From a virus (taxonomy: Duplodnaviria > Heunggongvirae > Uroviricota > Caudoviricetes): a stretch of 8,233 nt of DNA. A model generated the notes under the pieces. That model was given only the letters and a program-made list of their open reading frames with translations. It was not told the origin of the DNA and did no database searches. The position numbers were made by a program, and so were the translations under genes. This document shows, one piece after another, positions 6,221 to 8,233 of the stretch. The stretch covers positions 1 to 8,233 of IMG/VR virus record IMGVR_UViG_2548876858_000010; one strand, written 5' to 3'. Numbering within the stretch: position 1 is the first letter of the stretch; every line of letters begins with the position of its first letter.

Positions 6221-6376
6221 TTACTCCTCAGGTTCGTAAGCTGTGAAGACAGCGACCTCCGTCTGGCCGGTTCGGATTCGTACCTCGCAGAGGTCTTTCC
6301 TCGTTACCAGTGCCGTCACTATGACGGTTAAACAGATGACGATCAGGGCGATTAACATCGCCTTTTGCTGCTTCAT
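6221..6376 (-). CDS. hok: Hok-family type I toxin (51 aa)
   Basis: Manual translation MKQQKAMLIALIVICLTVIVTALVTRKDLCEVRIRTGQTEVAVFTAYEPEE, matching the HokD/RelF sequence as I recall it. Missing from the ORF track because it is under 60 aa. Confidence 0.92.
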   Translation of the reverse strand: MKQQKAMLIALIVICLTVIVTALVTRKDLCEVRIRTGQTEVAVFTAYEPEE

Positions 6377-6432
6377 AGCCTGCTTCTCCTTGACCTTTCG
6401 GTCCGTAAGAGGCTAATCTCTATGTGTCGCAT
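6373..6432 (-). CDS. mok: mok-like leader reading frame (19 codons) ending in TGA overlapping the hok ATG
   Basis: ATG at 6432 with GAGG 8 nt upstream; MRHIEISLLRTERSRRSRL. Start region aligns with the R1 mok start (cuAUG…GAUAGCCUCUUAC) from memory. Shorter than R1 mok. Confidence 0.45.
   Translation of the reverse strand: MRHIEISLLRTERSRRSRL
6390..6419 (+). promoter_or_regulatory. Sok promoter candidate (TTGACC-N18-TAATCT), antisense to the hok/mok translation-initiation region
   Basis: Hexamers read on the plus strand in the position equivalent to the R1 Sok promoter. Confidence 0.45.
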
Positions 6433-6495
6433 AGATATGGCCTCAGATTAATGTTAAGCGTCTTGCAGGACGCGTAATGTTAACTGGGGCTTTTC
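6426..6495 (+). ncRNA. sok: Sok-like antisense RNA (approximate extent; 3' end not resolved)
   Basis: Inferred from the promoter at 6390-6419 and complementarity to the hok mRNA leader. Contains hairpin GCGTC-ttgcag-GACGC; I could not identify a clean terminator. Confidence 0.35.
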
Positions 6496-6552
6496 TCTAT
6501 CTGCCTTTTGGTGTTCATGCCTGAGACAGATAGCCTCAAGCACCCGCAGTCA

Positions 6553-6579
6553 TTCTACTTAACTAAGATTTCCCCGCAA
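6553..6579 (-). promoter_or_regulatory. hok mRNA promoter candidate (TTGCGG-N16-TAGAAT), transcript start near 6546-6548
   Basis: Hexamers read directly. The predicted 5' end GCGGGUGCUUGAGG is complementary to a 3'-UTR element at 6157-6171. Confidence 0.45.
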
Positions 6580-6634
6580 ACCGTTTTTGTCCGGCACAGT
6601 AAATATCCAACTAAACCAATGGCGTTCGCTGTAT

Positions 6635-6814
6635 TTACCGCCAGTATTCAATGCACATGACCGCCATGAACACCCCTAAAAAAAGGGCATTTATATGTCC
6701 AAACATTAATATCAAAACATCAACTTTTTCCATATACCTTGCTGTGAAGATGATGGGCATACATGATGCGAACAACCAGAACGCAACAAACAAAAACTGC
6801 AATGCGTTTTTCAT
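6635..6814 (-). CDS. Small membrane protein (59 aa, two hydrophobic segments) in an AT-rich islet
   Basis: ATG at 6814 with AGGGGG 4 nt upstream; MKNALQFLFVAFWLFASCMPIIFTARYMEKVDVLILMFGHINALFLGVFMAVMCIEYWR. The track lists a GTG-extended 72-aa form (6635..6853). Confidence 0.45.
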   Translation of the reverse strand: MKNALQFLFVAFWLFASCMPIIFTARYMEKVDVLILMFGHINALFLGVFMAVMCIEYWR

Positions 6815-7296
6815 TATTCCCCCTACAATCAATGTGCAATAACATTTAAACACACCTCAATTTAGCCGGACATATAAATATCTAAACCAGAAAAAATCAC
6901 TTACATAGCGTTACAAACTCTTTAGTCTAAATATTCATCGTAAAACATTCCCCATACTTATCAGCCCGTTCTGCGCCAGGTAGCTCATTGCCTTATCTGG
7001 GAATCTGTAATCAGGTTTCCGGATGCTGGTGGATTTTCGCATTTTAGTTGTTCATAAAAGTGCACAGCTTTAACCAGTTCTTCTGATGTAACCGGGACTG
7101 GCGGGGCAGTGAATAAGGCCTGAATTTCATAGTTCGGCCTGTCGTTACAATCCTCTTTTTTCGGTACATATTTCCAGTCACCAGACCACTACTTCCCCTG
7201 AAAGTCCGTAACGCCTTTTTTTCACGTAGCGATATCGCCATGCCACTGTTTTTGCTTGCCCCGCCGTTTCATGCCCTTCCTGATAATTAACCTCGC

Positions 7297-7473
7297 TCAT
7301 TCATCGCCCCACTCATCACAATATGCTTCGACCGGAGTTTTTCCTGCTTCATAATCATCACGCCATGCTTCAGCATCAGCAGCACTGCCACCACGTAACT
7401 CTGCATAGTCCATTAACAGTTCATGCCATTCTTCAAAACCGACGTTGTATTTAGTTGAACCAAAATCAGCCAT
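7297..7473 (-). CDS. Small acidic protein (58 aa), W/Y/D/E-rich
   Basis: Manual translation MADFGSTKYNVGFEEWHELLMDYAELRGGSAADAEAWRDDYEAGKTPVEAYCDEWGDE. Its ATG overlaps the upstream 60-aa ORF by 8 nt (AATGGCTGA). Not in the ORF track. Confidence 0.45.
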   Translation of the reverse strand: MADFGSTKYNVGFEEWHELLMDYAELRGGSAADAEAWRDDYEAGKTPVEAYCDEWGDE

Positions 7474-7648
7474 TTTGTTCTTCCTCTTCGTCTTTTATTT
7501 CGTGATATGAGTAATTGCAGTAGTTAAAGAAAATATCTTTTGCTTCGTCATGTATTTCATCAGGCGTCGCATCATCATCCACTTCGAATTCATCCTCGAA
7601 ATCTCCACCGGCTATTCCCGTTTCAATAATTATTTTAAACTTTCGCAT
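7466..7648 (-). CDS. Small, strongly acidic protein (60 aa)
   Basis: Track ORF MRKFKIIIETGIAGGDFEDEFEVDDDATPDEIHDEAKDIFFNYCNYSYHEIKDEEEEQNG, about 20 D/E against 5 K/R. AGGAGG lies upstream, separated from the ATG by a stable hairpin. Confidence 0.5.
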   Translation of the reverse strand: MRKFKIIIETGIAGGDFEDEFEVDDDATPDEIHDEAKDIFFNYCNYSYHEIKDEEEEQNG

Positions 7649-7656
7649 TTAACTAC

Positions 7657-7672
7657 CGCCCTTTCGGGCGGC
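7657..7672 (-). promoter_or_regulatory. GC hairpin with GAAA tetraloop between an AGGAGG SD and the ATG of the 60-aa ORF
   Basis: Minus strand AGGAGG-CCGCCC-GAAA-GGGCGG-uaguuaa-AUG, read directly. Confidence 0.35.
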
Positions 7673-7741
7673 CTCCTGATGTTCTGAGGGTGCAGAAATC
7701 CCTCCGGTTAAGGATTAAATTTTTAACAGAGCTAAATTTAA

Positions 7742-8098
7742 TTATTCAGTTCTGGATTTTGTCGCCCTGCGTATCCGCGCTTTCGCGTTACGCTCAATCT
7801 GAATTAGCTTTTCTATATTTTTTCGCCTTTCCCGCTCCTCCTGACGCAAGAGCCTTACATCATCTGCCAGTCTGGTTTCTCTTTTCGCCACAGAGAGCAT
7901 CCAGTCAAATGGTTCCACAACTGCACCGCAGATTTTACAGCGGACCTGACGCTCTTTTTCGTCAACCCGGACAGAGGCGTGATGACAATATGGTCTTTCC
8001 GATGGCTCATAAAGAAAATTAACCTGATTACGAGGGTCATCCTCTTTTACCGGAAATAAAACGATATTGCTTAACTCATCCTCTGGTTTTATTTCCAT
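7742..8098 (-). CDS. Hypothetical prophage protein (118 aa) with zinc-ribbon-like Cys/His cluster and basic coiled-coil-like C-terminus
   Basis: ATG at 8098 preceded by GGAGAGGAG. MEIKPEDELSNIVLFPVKEDDPRNQVNFLYEPSERPYCHHASVRVDEKERQVRCKICGAVVEP… then an R/K/E-rich tail. The track's 137-aa version starts further upstream and overlaps the 47-aa ORF. Confidence 0.55.
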   Translation of the reverse strand: MEIKPEDELSNIVLFPVKEDDPRNQVNFLYEPSERPYCHHASVRVDEKERQVRCKICGAVVEPFDWMLSVAKRETRLADDVRLLRQEERERRKNIEKLIQIERNAKARIRRATKSRTE

Positions 8099-8219
8099 GC
8101 TCCTCTCCTTTGATGCGAATGCCAGCGGTAATTGAAGCCTGATAGCTAATTTCACTCACAGTACCGCCTCCTGAAAATTTAATGAACAATTCAATACGTT
8201 CTTTGGTAATAGTGGTCAT
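8076..8219 (-). CDS. Possible small ORF (47 aa) with strong SD, overlapping the start of the 118-aa ORF
   Basis: AAGGAG-N6-ATG at 8219. MTTITKERIELFIKFSGGGTVSEISYQASITAGIRIKGEEHGNKTRG. Below the ORF-track cutoff; coding status uncertain. Confidence 0.3.
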   Translation of the reverse strand: MTTITKERIELFIKFSGGGTVSEISYQASITAGIRIKGEEHGNKTRG

Positions 8220-8233
8220 GTGTTACTCCTTAA

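Noticed and set aside
6377-6634. relBE operon upstream of hok, as in K-12 Qin
   Set aside because: Only about 260 nt separate hok from the next ORF and no RelE- or RelB-like reading frame is present; the region instead carries the hok promoter, mok and Sok elements.
6651-6842. Plus-strand 63-aa ORF in the AT-rich islet
   Set aside because: Antisense to the better-supported 59-aa membrane ORF, with no SD and low-complexity sequence.
6635-6853. 72-aa GTG-initiated version of the small membrane protein
   Set aside because: The internal ATG at 6814 has a strong AGGGGG SD; the GTG extension has none.
7690-8040. Plus-strand 110-aa ORF (7690..8022) and minus-strand 61-aa ORF (7855..8040)
   Set aside because: Both are embedded in the 118-aa zinc-ribbon gene in other frames or on the other strand, with no start signals.
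7742-8155. 137-aa version of the zinc-ribbon ORF (MKLAIRLQLPLAFASKERS…)
   Set aside because: The extension overlaps the 47-aa ORF and lacks an SD, whereas the ATG at 8098 is preceded by GGAGAGGAG.
1-8233. CRISPR array, IS element, integrase or attachment site
   Set aside because: No regularly spaced direct repeats, no transposase or integrase-like ORF and no terminal inverted repeats were seen. The only repeat of note is the short imperfect direct repeat around the AT-rich islet, reported separately at low confidence.

Overview
This window looks like the nin/Q/late-junction segment of a lambdoid (Qin-like / Stx-phage-like) Escherichia prophage, with every supported gene on the minus strand. 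No search tools were available, so all calls rest on manual translation, motif reading and recalled homology. Reading the minus strand from high to low coordinates: small overlapping ORFs (including two very acidic ~60-aa proteins), an AT-rich islet with a small membrane protein, an apparently intact hok/mok/sok type I toxin-antitoxin locus, a rem-like ORF, a 92-aa ORF, a DUF968/YdfU-like protein with an HNH-like motif, RusA, a large Q-family antiterminator, a lambda-like pR'/tR' unit, a small HTH-like ORF, an orphan beta-class DNA methyltransferase, three tRNAs (Ile2-CAT, Arg-TCG, Arg-TCT) and finally a TerB-domain gene coupled to a small membrane ORF. That last pair sits where Stx phages carry stxAB and is my best candidate for an undescribed module, though the TerB gene has a frame break at an A7 run. 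No stx, integrase, IS element or CRISPR array is present. Several real genes (hok, mok, the 58-aa, 55-aa and 47-aa ORFs) fall below the 60-aa cutoff of the ORF track.
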